A program made the position numbers and the translations under genes. DNA of 63,150 nt, filler included, from Hausera hauseri (taxonomy: Eukaryota), in assembly GCA_046269625.1 (NCBI GenBank). It is 12 parts of 12 records of this genome, joined end to end, with 100 filler letters (N's around TTAATTAATTAA, not from the genome) between each part and the next. Parts side by side here need not be neighbours in the genome. Positions count along the whole stretch, not along the records: positions 9,682 to 15,140 come from JBJURY010250181.1; positions 15,241 to 19,843 come from JBJURY010509573.1; positions 19,944 to 25,031 come from JBJURY010340269.1; 9 more parts are not named here. One strand, written 5' to 3'. This document shows positions 10,623-23,887 of this stretch, piece by piece; position 1 is the first letter of the stretch; the number at the start of each line of letters is the position of its first letter. Under the pieces are notes generated by a model. It ran no database searches, had not been told where the DNA came from, and saw only the letters and a program-made list of their open reading frames with translations.

Positions 10623-13600
10623 TATATGGCATGCAGAATTCTGTATTATAAACTGCACCAAATTTAAATTAACTCAATGTACATAAAATACATGTAAAAA
10701 AAGTAATCATCAAAAATCTTTGGCATACAATTTTTAAAATCGTTATCAAAACTATTTTATTTCTTTCTAAATAGCATTTTGCCATAATATAGAGACTAAG
10801 GGATAGTTTTCCCCTAACTTTTTGTTCTGTTGGTCCTCAAAATCATTTTTAATTATGAAATCACATTGCATCCACATAACTAAGGCTTTTATTTTGACTA
10901 TCAAAATATTTATTCTTTATACCTAATATTGATTTAACCTGCATTCAAGACATACACATGTTGTGTGCATGAAGCTGTTGCTTTTGCTATTTACATAATG
11001 TCCTATTTAACAGTAGTTTGCAAATATCATAATCTTAACAGCCTCCATTTTTCTATTTACATACCTTGTACCATATGTACTGTGGGTAACGGGGCATAGC
11101 ATATGAGCATTCTAGTGGTAACGAAATGTTGAACAGGATGTGTTACGAAAGAAAATGTGAAAGTGACTGATTAGTGCAAGTGTGAATTTTGTATTCGGCA
11201 AGGTGTGTGGAACAGGTAATGCACGAGATTGGTGGGTTTCAGTTGACAGGAGTTCTCGTAACTGTGGATGATTCTTTGAAATGGAGAACTGTGAGACGAC
11301 TGGAATATTGCCAGTTGCAAGCAGAAGTCCCATGATGGTTACAAGCAGAACATGAAAAATACATAATTTTTTTTTTTTTCCCTTTAAATAAACTGACTAG
11401 TTACACGTTTAAACTCACATGGCTGGTGCTTTGCTGCAACTTTTGACTTTGACAATTAAACAACAAAATTGCACAGCTTAATAAGAAATTTCTATTTATC
11501 ATTCTATTTCTGCTACTGGGAATAACTTGTTACTCTTTGTCATACATACACAGACATAGTATATATAGAAAACAATAGATAAAAATATATAGAGACAAAG
11601 ACAAGAATCATTTATATAATCATAAATATGTAATGATACAACATTTTATTCATTTATTTTTAATTTTATTTTCAATCAGCTGATGCCCCATGACACACTA
11701 TTAAAGACTTTTTACAGAAATTCATTTCCCTGTTTTTTCATTACCTAATTTGTTGTGAAGTGTTGAATGTACTAAACTGCAAGTAGAAAATAGTCTTATT
11801 ATTATTAGTATTCATTGACTGGGATGCAGAAGCATCCCAGTCAATGAATACTGTTCTCTCCCCAAAGGTGTACCAAGTGTCCTCAAAGAAGGGAAACAAG
11901 CAAAGAATTACTGATACGGTGAAGGTGGGGAAGATCCTTCTTGGTGCAATTGATACTTTTTCTTTTTTCAAGGCATAAAAACATGCATTCTATTGTAGAT
12001 TAATATTAATTTAAAGTAAAATCAAACTCTATTATAGAAAAAAAAAATTATTTTGTGTTTTAAAAAAATAATGTTATTAAAATAATGATTTAAATTAGCA
12101 TAACCTAATTACAAATGGAACCAAAAGTGGTATGAACTGGTAAAGATACAATGAAAAATATGGCAAAAGAAACCGTGAAAAATACAATACAACAAAAGAA
12201 ACTGTTAAAACTACAGCAAAATAAGCTGTTGAAAATACAAAAAAATTAACCGTAAGGTTTCGTACACACTTGTACTGCATGTTGCTGCAACATCGAAGAT
12301 ATAGCATGTATTTTCCGTATACCGTTCACACGTCCACCTATAGAAAACATGCCTGCGTGTTGCACAAACCTGTTCTATTTCTGTGGCATACTTCTGCAGC
12401 AATCCCATAATGCAATTCGCCTCGCTCAGCTAGTTGTGTTTATATTTTGATTCTGAATTGTAGAGTTTGAAAATGTTGAAGATATCAGACATGAGTGAAT
12501 TATAGATTATTTAGTGAACTAAAACTTTTTTTGTGAGTTTCAGATACCCTAGAATTCGTAATAAAAATCGTTCATCTATTTATTTCTTAATATGATATGG
12601 CAAAACAAGGGGGAAAAAAGGAACTCCTAAATTTTTTTGCTTGATCTCGTGGATTATTTTCAAAACGTCGCTTGGTCCTTTTGTTTTGATTTAGTTTTAG
12701 CCGTACTGTGTGTAATATGAAGACTTTTTGTCAGTACTATTAAAGCCGAATAAGAATTTATTAGTTATGTGGTTAAAATTTGATTCACATAGCTAAGGGA
12801 TTCTCTTTCAGCTAGTTTGATTTGATTACTTTCGTGGAAGTGTTCAATAATAGGACAATTATCTGTTGAAAGAAAAACTGATTTTCATTATGAAGACCCT
12901 CGGAGTATAAGCAAATATGAAGCATTAGAATTCTAAGTAAGTATATCTACTCTAATTTGTGTGAATAAAAAATTTCCTCTTGTAGTTTTTTTATTAGCTT
13001 ACATTAGAGTTCTTGTAAATCTTGAACTGCAAGAACTATTGTTAGAATGAATTTCATTATTTATTTATTATTATTATATATGGGCACTAGAAGAAATTCT
13101 GTTTGAGATAAACAAAATGAATGTCTTTGGCACACATTTTTTCATTTAACAAGATTTGAACTATTGTAATAAAATATAAAATGATATAAGAGTGATAAAT
13201 ATATGTGTTGGTAAATATTAAGTTTTCTGTATTTCATTTTGGTGTTTGACGAACTTTATAAAAAAATAACTGAAGTTACATCAATTACAGAATTTCAGTT
13301 TGTATTATGTTATTTCAGTGAAAACTATTTAATTTAAAATAAAAAATGACTGGTAATTTCAAAATTAGACAAAAAACCTTGTGCTTATTAAATTAAATTT
13401 GCGCTTTATAATGTAAATGAATATTCTGCAACTAATAATACAAACTACTGGTACTTTTCTTTTAAGAATTAATATCTAAAATAAGTAGAATGATATATTT
13501 AATAATATATTATAAAGCATCAACTGTCACCAATCACAAATGTTGGTACAAAATGTAGCCTGAATAATAATGGTAACTGTACATTCAATACACATCTCAC

Positions 13601-16600
13601 TGATAAAAAAAAAATGATTATGAATATTTGAGAAAAATGTTTCAGAATTTTGTGTAATAAAGAATCATTTTATTATGTTCTTAATAACATACTGATAATA
13701 CAAAAAAAGAAAAATGCTCTTTATCATGGCTCTCCGTGTAAGGTTGATATTCTTAATATGCGAATCAATAAAATTTTATGTAGTATTAGAAATGCAATTT
13801 ACATTCTGTTCTCATGAAATTATTAGGTATAAAATGTATTCTGTTTAGATGAAATTATGAAAGAAAATATGTATGATCTAGGTTTCATACCTATGAATCA
13901 TGGGTGCTATAAGGTCAATGTTAAGAGGTGATTATAAAAATAAATGGAATAATGTGTTCTTGAAATTTTTATATATGTTTCCACATATATAAAAATGTTT
14001 TGGTTAAATAAATCATATTTGCACAAGAAATTGGTTATTAATATTTTTGGTGATTGATTGACTTCTTATTATTTTTATTATTATGATCAATTAGTACCTT
14101 TTAAATGGAGTTTTAAATTTGGTTTGAAGTGATTTAAGTTATTGTTCCAAATTATTTAAGTTTCCTTTTGACCTTATTGTAAGTTTTATGTTAGGGACTT
14201 TTGTTTCTTTTTTTTTTCTCATTCTCCCTTTCTGATTTCTCTGGTTCTATGTGATCTGGCTATCTTTGTTCTGTTTTATGTAATCGATCCTGTAACATCT
14301 GCAAAACTTCTGGAATTCACGAGTCATCAGTCAACAACCTCCGAAACTCCCGCCAAAACGGGGTTCTGCCCATGGATACTGTCACCCCTCTCCCAAGAAG
14401 ACAGTTCGTCCAAGTTCGTATTAAGAAATTATCAGAATCAAGTTTTTAGAGATCTGGCTGGTAATATACCAAAGATTGTATATCCCAGAAAAAAGCCAAG
14501 TAATTTATCATCCTCTCTTTCAACTACCAACGACTGCAAATTCAATTAAAAAAATTTAATATGTGCACTCATTTCCGAGGTGGAGGAATACAGTGCAGGG
14601 AGGGGTGAAGCAAGCCCGGCAACTTCGAAATGCCGAAGTGACATTCTAGAGATTGGTCTCCTGTGGAAAGATCATCATTAAAGGATGTCTAAGATGGTGC
14701 GGGGGCCTCCACCACCATGGCAAGTTCTTTGCTTTCCCTTTTTCTTACACTCAGTTCTGAATCTTAAATTTTATTTATTCTCCTTAATTTATGCAGGACT
14801 GTGATTTTATTTTTTTTGTAGTGAACAGCCCTAAGCTTGTTCTGTTCATGCGGAAGCCAATCAATTTAAAATAAACAATGTAAAATTTTGAAAAGGGGTG
14901 TTTAAAATGTAGATTTTTCTTTCTTATATTTTATTTGTACCTTGTGTTGTACCGTATTATGAATGTTATTATGAGTTCCATTCTCCTATTAAAGCATAAC
15001 AGATGAGATCTGTCTTTGGCAATAGCCATAGGTCCATGTAAATTAGGATGACAAATAAATCATATGTAAAAGAAATTTGAGCTGTGCTCACTGCACTCTG
15101 TCAGAAATGAAATCAGTTTTCTTTTCATTCCTTAATGTAANNNNNNNNNNNNNNNNNNNNNNNNNNNNNNNNNNNNNNNNNNNNTTAATTAATTAANNNN
15201 NNNNNNNNNNNNNNNNNNNNNNNNNNNNNNNNNNNNNNNNTTTGGCAAGCAAGGCGTGAGTTCTGCTTTCCAACTTCACTGTTATCCAAATTGTTGCGCA
15301 ATTAGACTTTGGAGCTAGAAATTATCATATGTATGTAGTCCAGGCAAAATCAGAGTCCAACCTGTCTTTAACACAGAGCTGCCTGCTATGCATCTTACCA
15401 ATCCCAGATTGCTTCTGAAGTGTTTTCCGTTCCTTAAAGTAATACGCATAGACATGTTCATGTAGAGTTTCAAGTAGACGAAGTCCTTATACGTTATCAA
15501 TGTTCAATTTTCTGAGATATTGTACACAATATCTCTGCTTGAAATCCATTTAGGGATACTTGCTAGTTATTATAGGTATAACTTAAGATGAAGACCGTGT
15601 GAACCCTATAATTAGATCAATAGTATTGTGGTGTAAGCCAATTTCTGTCAATCTAAAATTAATAAAGTGATGAGATATTGATGAGAAGACCTCCTATAAA
15701 TTTACGAAGTATATAAACACAAAAATTTTATACAGACAGCTTTATTTTTGTTATGATTAAGTAAAAAATTCATATATGATTATGTAAATGTTAACAATTC
15801 ACACACTAAATGAAGAACTAATAACATATCATAAGGACGTCAATATCAAACTTTAGCACATGCCGAAGCAAAATAATGCTGTGTTTTATCTCTTCTACTT
15901 TGCTTCATTAACCAAAGGAAATATTGTTTGCAGTGATTACTTTGGAAACTGATCCCAGATGAACTCCGGTGATTCTGGATTTGGAAGGAAACTTCTTTTA
16001 TTTCGTAAGTATTAAGAGCTGTTGGCACGAAAAGTACTTCGATACATGGAAATAACGTTCTATACGATTTTTGGGCGTTTTCAAAACGTGGCTGCCAAAT
16101 ATTTGTAACATGGATCACGCCAACTATATTTTGTCTTGAAATGTGAGTCGAATTAAATCATAATTATCCTCATTTGTATATAACTAGGTTCTGATTCCAC
16201 ATGTACGAAAAAGTCCATAGTACAAAATGTGTCTTTCAAAAATTTAAATCTGCAGACCTTGTTTAAAATTCAATTCTAAGACGCAATACTTTCATAATCA
16301 GTTCTTTTGATAAGAAGTAAGTTTAAATCCAAACCCAACCTTAATGTACTGCACTTCTTTGTGCACAGTTCTTTGTTTGAAATCAGTAAATTCAAAAATA
16401 TTTTTGGAGATAAAATTGTCAGTTATTCAAAATTATTATTCAACAAAATTAAACATTGAATTATAAATTAATCATAACTAAAACATCAAGTGGCCAATAT
16501 CATTGAACGATCGCACCACGGAATAAACTCGAACCCAAAACCACTATTCAATAAAATCAAATATTTAAATTACAAGTTAATCATAACTGAAACGTCAAAT

Positions 16601-17567
16601 CATTGGACGATCATAATTCAAGATCGTAAAATAAATAACTCATTATGACTCTATTACTGCTTCTAAGTCACATCTAAACCTATATCCCAATTTATCATAA
16701 TTTCCTTCCATTTAGTTTCTGACATTCGCTATCCGTCATTAGATGGTTCCACGTCGAATTTATGTGGGACCCACTTCCACCTCCAGTTTAAAAATCTTTT
16801 TCTCCAATACCTTGTTAAGGGTTAGAATAATCAGAATCATGACAAATGGATCTCCCATTACCATCTTAACTCCTGTTTATTATCTTACTTTAATATCCTG
16901 ATTTCATCCATCCTAATACAAGTCATCATATGATAATCAACACCATTACTTGTATTTCCCAATTTAATTCAATAAAACTTTATTTTAATACAAAATATAA
17001 CAAGAAAATACTAAAGCGGTATTTTACTTTATGGTTTAAACTTCAATTGTATAATTACCAGTGTTGTCTTCCAATTGTCGGGAATAATCGGATCCTTCTG
17101 CCATAAAGTCTGTTAAAAATGTTCTTAATCAATAGATAATGTTTGTAAATTCTTTCTTTAAGGTAGCAGTTTTCTTATCCGTGTATTTGATTCGATTCAA
17201 GTTCTGAAGCGATTCGTATATTTGATTCTAAGTGTATCTGATTCTAAAATTTTAGGTTCGAAATTTATCGACAATGATAGTATAATATACCTGCTGTCGA
17301 TATAATAATATTCGGTTATCCGTTTAAGGTTTTGTACGAGAATTTCGTACAGAAGCAAAAGTAATAAGCGTGTGTCTGATTCACAATAATAGTCTGCTTT
17401 TATAGTTCGTTGCTCTATAATTTTAAATATTCCTGAATAAATTACCATAATTCTGCCATCTTTTGTTAGGTAATTTTCTAATCTTTGAGTAGATTTTCAT
17501 AATTTGTTGACTATTTACTCTAGTTCGATTTATTGCTAGGTAATTTAGCATTTTTGAATTTCCAATA

Positions 17568-18050
17568 TGTTAATTCGATTTTTCAGATTTTTCAGATTTT
17601 TCAGTTGCTAACCACACTGGGACAATTTTCTAAAACGTTTGAGTTTCTAGTATGTTAATTTGATTTTTTAGTTTTTGGCCAAACTGGATTTTTAAACAAT
17701 TTTCCAGTTTAATATTTAATTTCTATTTTTGTAATAGTCATTTATAGCCGCGTATTAGATTCTGGTTAACAATACGTATACACAAAATAATGATAATAAC
17801 AGGAGTACCCATCAATGGGGTTAAACAATGAATGAAGATCAGGAAAGATTAAATAATAGTTTATTAAAAACAAAATTTACAAGTTATTGTCAATCAGTAA
17901 AATCAAATTCAATAAAATCAAAATACTGTCGAAATTAGTAAGGTCCAATTATCAAATTCAGTGATATCAAATTCGAACAGTTCGCATCGGTTGGCAAAGT
18001 CTGTGTACCTCTCTGAGGTTTGAGGTTTAGTTTATTATTTGACCTTAACA
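17568..18050 (-). repeat. Putative 3' LTR (start firm, distal end uncertain)
   Basis: TGTTAAGG begins right after the PPT and is followed by GCGGCTATAAAT (~17740-17751). Candidate TTAACA ends lie near 17652 and 17568. Confidence 0.5.
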
Positions 18051-18668
18051 TTTCTCCCCCCTTTGAAAAAGGATTCGGTCCTCCGGATCACTCTGGGTAC
18101 CGGCATCGATGAAATTGAGGTTTCTGGGTTTAATTGTCAGTGGCGCATCATTTATCGGATTCATCCAGTAACACAATCGTTGGGTACGGTTGTCGTAGGT
18201 ATAGGAGAAGTGACAGTAGACTGATGGTTGTCGGCAATATGGGCACGAAATACCATTCTGAAAAGTCATTCGGAGTGCGTCATTTGGGTCAATAGATTGA
18301 AAGAATTGGGAGCGAAGTTTGTTAAAACACGTTGAGCAAAGGTTGTGATTGCACTGGAATTGGACCACTGTTATTCTTTTGGTAAGACATATAGTGCATT
18401 CATAGGTTGGAAGTTGGTCATAGAAAAAATTTTGTAATGTTACCCATAAATCAGGTAAGGCTAAATCAGATATAAGGTTTATTGGAAATTTATTTAAAAC
18501 TGGGAACCACTCTTCTTGCAATGATAAGAGTAGTGGGGGACTATGAGATATAGTCGGCGTAGGAGTTATGAAAGGAGTAGGTACTGGTAATTCAGGTAAT
18601 GGTTTAATAATTTGCTCAGGACGATAACGTGGGTGTGGTATTGCAGATGGTTGACGTAAAAGCGACAT
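18045..18668 (-). CDS. Pro-rich C3HC4 RING-finger protein (putative E3 ligase), element cargo
   Basis: CTIC-x10-CNH-x2-CSTC...CPYCR in an intact 207-aa ORF that ends across the PPT (FQRGEKC*). Confidence 0.8.
   Translation of the reverse strand: MSLLRQPSAIPHPRYRPEQIIKPLPELPVPTPFITPTPTISHSPPLLLSLQEEWFPVLNKFPINLISDLALPDLWVTLQNFFYDQLPTYECTICLTKRITVVQFQCNHNLCSTCFNKLRSQFFQSIDPNDALRMTFQNGISCPYCRQPSVYCHFSYTYDNRTQRLCYWMNPINDAPLTIKPRNLNFIDAGTQSDPEDRILFQRGEKC
18051..18064 (-). promoter_or_regulatory. Polypurine tract (PPT)
   Basis: AAAGGGGGGAGAAA immediately followed by TGTTAA, a canonical Gypsy PPT-LTR junction. Confidence 0.75.
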
Positions 18669-18778
18669 GACATTTATATGGGGTAATGGTATTTGAAATG
18701 TACTTGGTGGTGGTCTAATTATCGTGTAGGGGTTAAAGCGGTGAACTGGGAATTCAATTCTAGCCGATGATTGTTGTT

Positions 18779-19051
18779 CTAGTCGAAAATATTAGTTGGT
18801 AATAGTTGAGGAATTGGTTTATTGGTAATTGTAAGTAAAGCGCGTCTGGGGTGATGGAAGTAAGAGTATATGAATTCAGGACTATAGTAACATATACTAC
18901 AAATTAGACATCGGTGATGAGATTCCAACTGATAACAGTGAGAACAGTATTCTGCATTACAGCAACTAAACTGGTAAGCTGTTTTATTAGATCTGTTACA
19001 TAGACAACAAGTATGGAGTTGAAAGTATGAAAGGGAAAAAGGTGTTGACAC
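18779..19051 (-). CDS. Small RING-like Cys-rich protein
   Basis: CCLC...SCCNAEYCSHC...CLICSIC spacing resembles a RING variant. Confidence 0.55.
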   Translation of the reverse strand: MSTPFSLSYFQLHTCCLCNRSNKTAYQFSCCNAEYCSHCYQLESHHRCLICSICYYSPEFIYSYFHHPRRALLTITNKPIPQLLPTNIFD

Positions 19052-19399
19052 ATCCCAAGTATAATAATATGTAACGTGGTCAGAGGGTTCAACAATTTCA
19101 AGAGTTCTAGCGTCGAGTAAGGATTGGTCAGCATCGGATGGGAATGCATTGTGTTGAATGTAATATTTGATTTCCTATTTACAAATTAGGCAATGAGGCG
19201 TAGGGTTTGCCTGGGATCGAATTCTTTCTATACAATACGAGCATAGTAAATGTAGGCATGGTGTTAATCTGTATATCACATTAAGTATCACTCGACAATT
19301 CATACATTCCGGGAAATCTAAAAATAATCAAAATTAGTTGAGATTTAATTCGATTGTATTAAGATCTATACAATTATCAGCGTCTTCAATATATAATAA

Positions 19400-19815
19400 G
19401 TTGAATAAATAGTTGTACAATTGTCTAAGTAAATGGGCTTGTACTAATGGAAGTATAATGGTTCGTAGTAATCGTTTACTTAGACGCATTATAGGTACAG
19501 GGTCTGTTGAGAAATTTATAGCGATAGGTGATGGCTTAGATCGAAGGAACCGTTGGTATTATTGATAAGTAATTTTAATGAACATAAGAGTAAATCAAGT
19601 TGTGATGTTATTATAAATTTATGCTTCAATATATCTCGTATAAGGGGTAAGAAATCATCATTATCGATTTTATTCAAGGTAAGGTCATCGGTTATGCCTT
19701 TAAAAGGTGTTCTCCAATAGATAACTTTATGTCTAGGGTACATTTGTTGCTGTAATAGAATTTCGCCTTTATGGTTTAAAATGGCAATGTCAATGATGGT
19801 CTGGTTAATAGTCAT
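19400..19815 (-). pseudogene. ISG20/REX4-like DEDDh 3'-5' exonuclease remnant
   Basis: IAILNHKGEILL...YPRHKVIYWRTPFKGIT...IRDILKHKFII resembles the REX4/ISG20 pattern VSIVNxxGxVLxDxYVKPxxxVxDYRTxxSGI...LLKGRILVGH. After a frameshift comes PIMRLSKRLL...RQLY. Catalytic residues are not evident, and the N-terminus may be cut by the contig end. Confidence 0.55.
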
Positions 19816-21440
19816 AGTATTAGGTTGAGTGGTGACGTAGTTANNNNNNNNNNNNNNNNNNNNNNNNNNNNNNNNNNNNNNNNNNNNTTAATTAATTAAN
19901 NNNNNNNNNNNNNNNNNNNNNNNNNNNNNNNNNNNNNNNNNNNGTCAATAAAAATTATGTCCAAAAATTCCCAGAACCCGGAAAATTTAAAAATGTCCAA
20001 AAGGTTCACTTTTTATCGTTTCAGCGGCCGGCGCTGCGGATTATTCATGGCTTTTTGCCATGGCTTCATCACGGCGATAGTTGGATAGTAGAGTGATAGA
20101 TAGTAGCAGCTTTGCTAGATAATTATGTACAACAAGACGGAGATTCTTTAATTCTTTTGTTTATTTAAATATTTTTTGATTTTCACAATTTGTTTATAAC
20201 CTTTTTGCTAAAAAAGACTTTAACCTTAAATGACCTTGACCTTAAATAGCCTCATGTGGGATTAAGGAATAAGTACAAATTTCGATTCACTCAATCGGGA
20301 GGTAAGAAATAAGTACCAATTCCGAATCACCCAATCGTCAAATTGACATTAGTTTTACTCAATGAATTTAATTAATGGGGTGGCGGTAGGAGTTTGTTCC
20401 AGAACTCTCATTTTTCCACTGCTGGTCTTGTTTTTAATTTTAGCCCTATTCATACTCACAAGGAACACTCAAAAACTGCGACGAACCAAATTTACTGAAA
20501 GTTTACCACAACGTTCATTGTGATTTATTAAAAATATTACAAAAATTTTATATGTGGTAATTTACATAATCAACAGAAATTTTATACTTAGAAAGGACGT
20601 GGTTCCACACTTTTTTCTGTCACTGATTGAAAAATTGTTTGAATTAATAAAATCAGCATTAAAAACGATTGAATACGTCTATCGGGTATTGGCTCAAAAG
20701 TTGCTCGTTCTTAATGACAAAGCATTTAAACAAACACAATTTAACATTAAGCCTATGTGTGTTATGCATTATATCCGACCAAATTTTAACCATGAAGCCA
20801 AACGTTTTGATGGGTGATTTTTTCACTGCACATTATCCACACATTAATTCAAAAAATACATAAAAATTACGCTGAACATATTTCTCTTTCCTCAGAAAAT
20901 TTATGATAACCTTATGGTTAAAAACATATAATACACAAGCATATTTATAATAATAAATATAAATGTATCAAAAGTTAAATTATAGACATTGTACAGCATA
21001 AATTTTAGATTATCAAGTATGAAAATTAATTGCAGTTCTTGTGATCGTCGAATTAGTGGAAGAAAACGAGGCTTATTGAAACGAGTATACAGCTGCTGAC
21101 ATATCATCGTACCCAAAAGCATTTGGAACACAAATCATTTATTGCAGATAATGTATTGTTTCTAACTGCATGAATGCAGCATGTGTGATGTTTTTACAAT
21201 GAGGCCTATACTGTACATTGTCTGTAGGAGCAGTGTGCAAAAAGGCTTTATAATTACATTTTAAGGTATTTTCAGTTTAGCTTTAAACAAAGTATAAAAA
21301 ACAGGATTGACAAGTCCCAGTTTGCTTTGTGAAGAAGTGTAGCAGCTCATCTTCTCACCTCAGGAACCAGCCATATATTATTGTGCTCTTTTGTTTTTGT
21401 GGAAAACAAAATCTTTTTTTGTTGATCTGTCATAGATGCT

Positions 21441-23887
21441 TTACGCCGATATTGGAGAAAATGGAGGGCTGCCAATTGTTCCACCTGTATGGCGGGTTCG
21501 TCTTGTCCGATTTCGGATTATCTGCAACATGATCAGCTTCCTCATACCCATTCGTTCACCGAGGGCAACGATGGCTTTCTTATCATTGGTCAGTTTGACG
21601 TTAAGGATTTCGATATTCGATGTAAACCAACACATTTGAGAACCGCTCTGGAGGTTCCAGACTCTCATGGAACCATCCCAACTGCCAGAAACGATGATTT
21701 CATTGTCCAATGATATTGCTACGCTGAGGACCTATGAATAAATTACGGTAACTTCAATCGATCGAAATTGATGAGTCATAGTTATAATTATAACAGTGGA
21801 ATTTTGAACTCGTGAACACGACTAATTATGAGTTTCTACAGAACAGAAATGCAGACAATGACGTCATCTGATATGAAAATACTTTATGCCAAAAAAGTAA
21901 AATGTGAAGTCATTTCGCACTTGTTCAAATCTCTCCCACTAGATTTCGAAGTTCAAAATTCCTAAAACGCAGCGGGTGGGGGGACGTGAACAAGTGCGGA
22001 AATCTCCAATTTCGTTTATTCGGCTTCGATGATAAAATCAGCATTATATTTTGCACGTCTTTCTGACTCATCCTGATTTACTGTGAATGACGTTCCCTTT
22101 TTAAATACGTAATGGCGCCGAGTCCATAATTTGGCAACGAATACCATGGATAACATGACTGCAGTTATTTCGGTCTCTGCTAGTCACAAGATGAAGAAAA
22201 CATCGATTCTGAAAATGTCAAGTGACGTGTATGACTCACTGCATTACGAACGAAATGCATCCGCAACCGATAAAAGTACTGTTTTGAACGAAATATTCTA
22301 TATTTACAAATCCGGATAGAAATTGCAAATCTTACATCATCTGCATGACCCTCGAGCGTGTGGAGAAGTCGTTCGTCTTGCATTGTGTAAACATTCAGTG
22401 TCTGGTCTGTGCTACCCGTTACGAGGTATTCGCCATTCTGGGATAACGAAACACAATTGATGGAATCTTTGTGAGGATTGAGTTTTATCTGTGTGTGACC
22501 GTCCAGTGTAGCGTGGATTAAAATCTGTCGAACTGGCTTGCCTGTTCGTAAATTCCACACAATTAGTTCGCCTTTCTTTGTTCCTTAATAAAAAAGCGCC
22601 ATAGAAAAATTCGACAATTAAAATTTCATAAACAGTTTGAACTCGGTTCGACTTTAAGAGCCATCATCAGGTAACATGCTGAAAATGAAATAATGCAATG
22701 TGCTGTTATGTAAAACATATGACCGAATTTCAAATTTTAAATTCGAATTTTCAAATTTCGAGTTTTTAATTCTTTATCATGAGAATTTGCCTGATGAGGA
22801 CTCTTGAATCCAAAACATGTTGCGATACATTTTCCCAGCCGAGTTCAACTATTAAAAATGTGTCGGTACCAGTTATCGCTTCGTCAGCTCCGATTATTTC
22901 GGTTGCTGGTGTTTTAGCATTGAATGAAATCATAAGCGGCTGGACGACAACTCCACTGGGGTACGATGCCATCAAGTCGAATACCATGTAGTGAGCCTGA
23001 TTGTCCACACCTGTGAAACCAGCAACAACCATTCGGTCGTTCGGTGATATTTTGAGGAACGTGATTCGTTCGTGATTCATAAAATCCGGTGGTTGGTAAT
23101 GAATCTCTTGTACGGGCTGATTGGCTTCCAGATTCCAGCACAGAATCGACATTGAACCATCTGGGGATTCTCGGTTGACGATCAAATGATCCGATGAATG
23201 GGTAACGCATGACGCTGTGCACATAACATGGACTGGCATTGGCAATTGGGCTCCGGTGGAGAAATTCCACATCTGAAATTGACAGGAATTTTATAAGATA
23301 TTTACAACCTTAAAGGAACATGAAACATTTACTTGTAATCGTTTCAGTCTCGCCTGGTGATCTCCAGTTTCAAGAGAGACATCATCCGTAACCAATCCAA
23401 CCAGTACTTGATCACCACAAGCCAAATGAAGATCAGTGCATCCTACCTCCATGCCATCCATGACTTTACACAGTTCTCCGGTCTTGAGATAAAACACCAT
23501 AACAACGACCGTTTAACTTCTACACAAACATACTTGCATATCCCATACTTGAGGTGGTCCACTTTCTGATCCCGTTACAGCATATCTAGAATTATGGCTC
23601 AACACGCAGCAATCGACTTTCATTTCTTCTCCAGAAAATACGTTTGGTCGTCCATCGAATTCTGTTTCATGATGAGTTGTGTCAATTCGCATGATCGATC
23701 CTTGACCAATGGTACCGAAACGATAGTCGTTGACATCAAGAACGTTTGTTCCCGTAACTGATCGAGCAGATCTCATGTTAGACGTTCCACCGTACATCAT
23801 TTGGCCGCCAGGCAGAGAATGCATGCTACCGCCGATGGTACGATTGACATTGAGGCGTTCTTCTCTCGTGGTTGTGGTGTGGAAATC
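21441..23887 (-). CDS. 3' exons of a multi-WD40-repeat protein (NACHT/WD-repeat NWD-like); exons 23887-23534, 23482-23333, 23272-22870, 22583-22336, 21731-21441
   Basis: GT-AG introns keep the frame (MQ|TGEL, RLQ|MW, TG|TKK, ADD|VLS). WD motifs include VTGSTDQTLNVY, LEGHADDVLSV and SGSWDGSMRVWN. A possible 39-nt upstream exon lies at 24472-24510. The family assignment is tentative. Confidence 0.85.

Noticed and set aside
14291-14749. GC-richer island bounded by TGTAA...TTACA as a solo LTR
   Set aside because: No target-site duplication and no second copy, so it cannot be supported.
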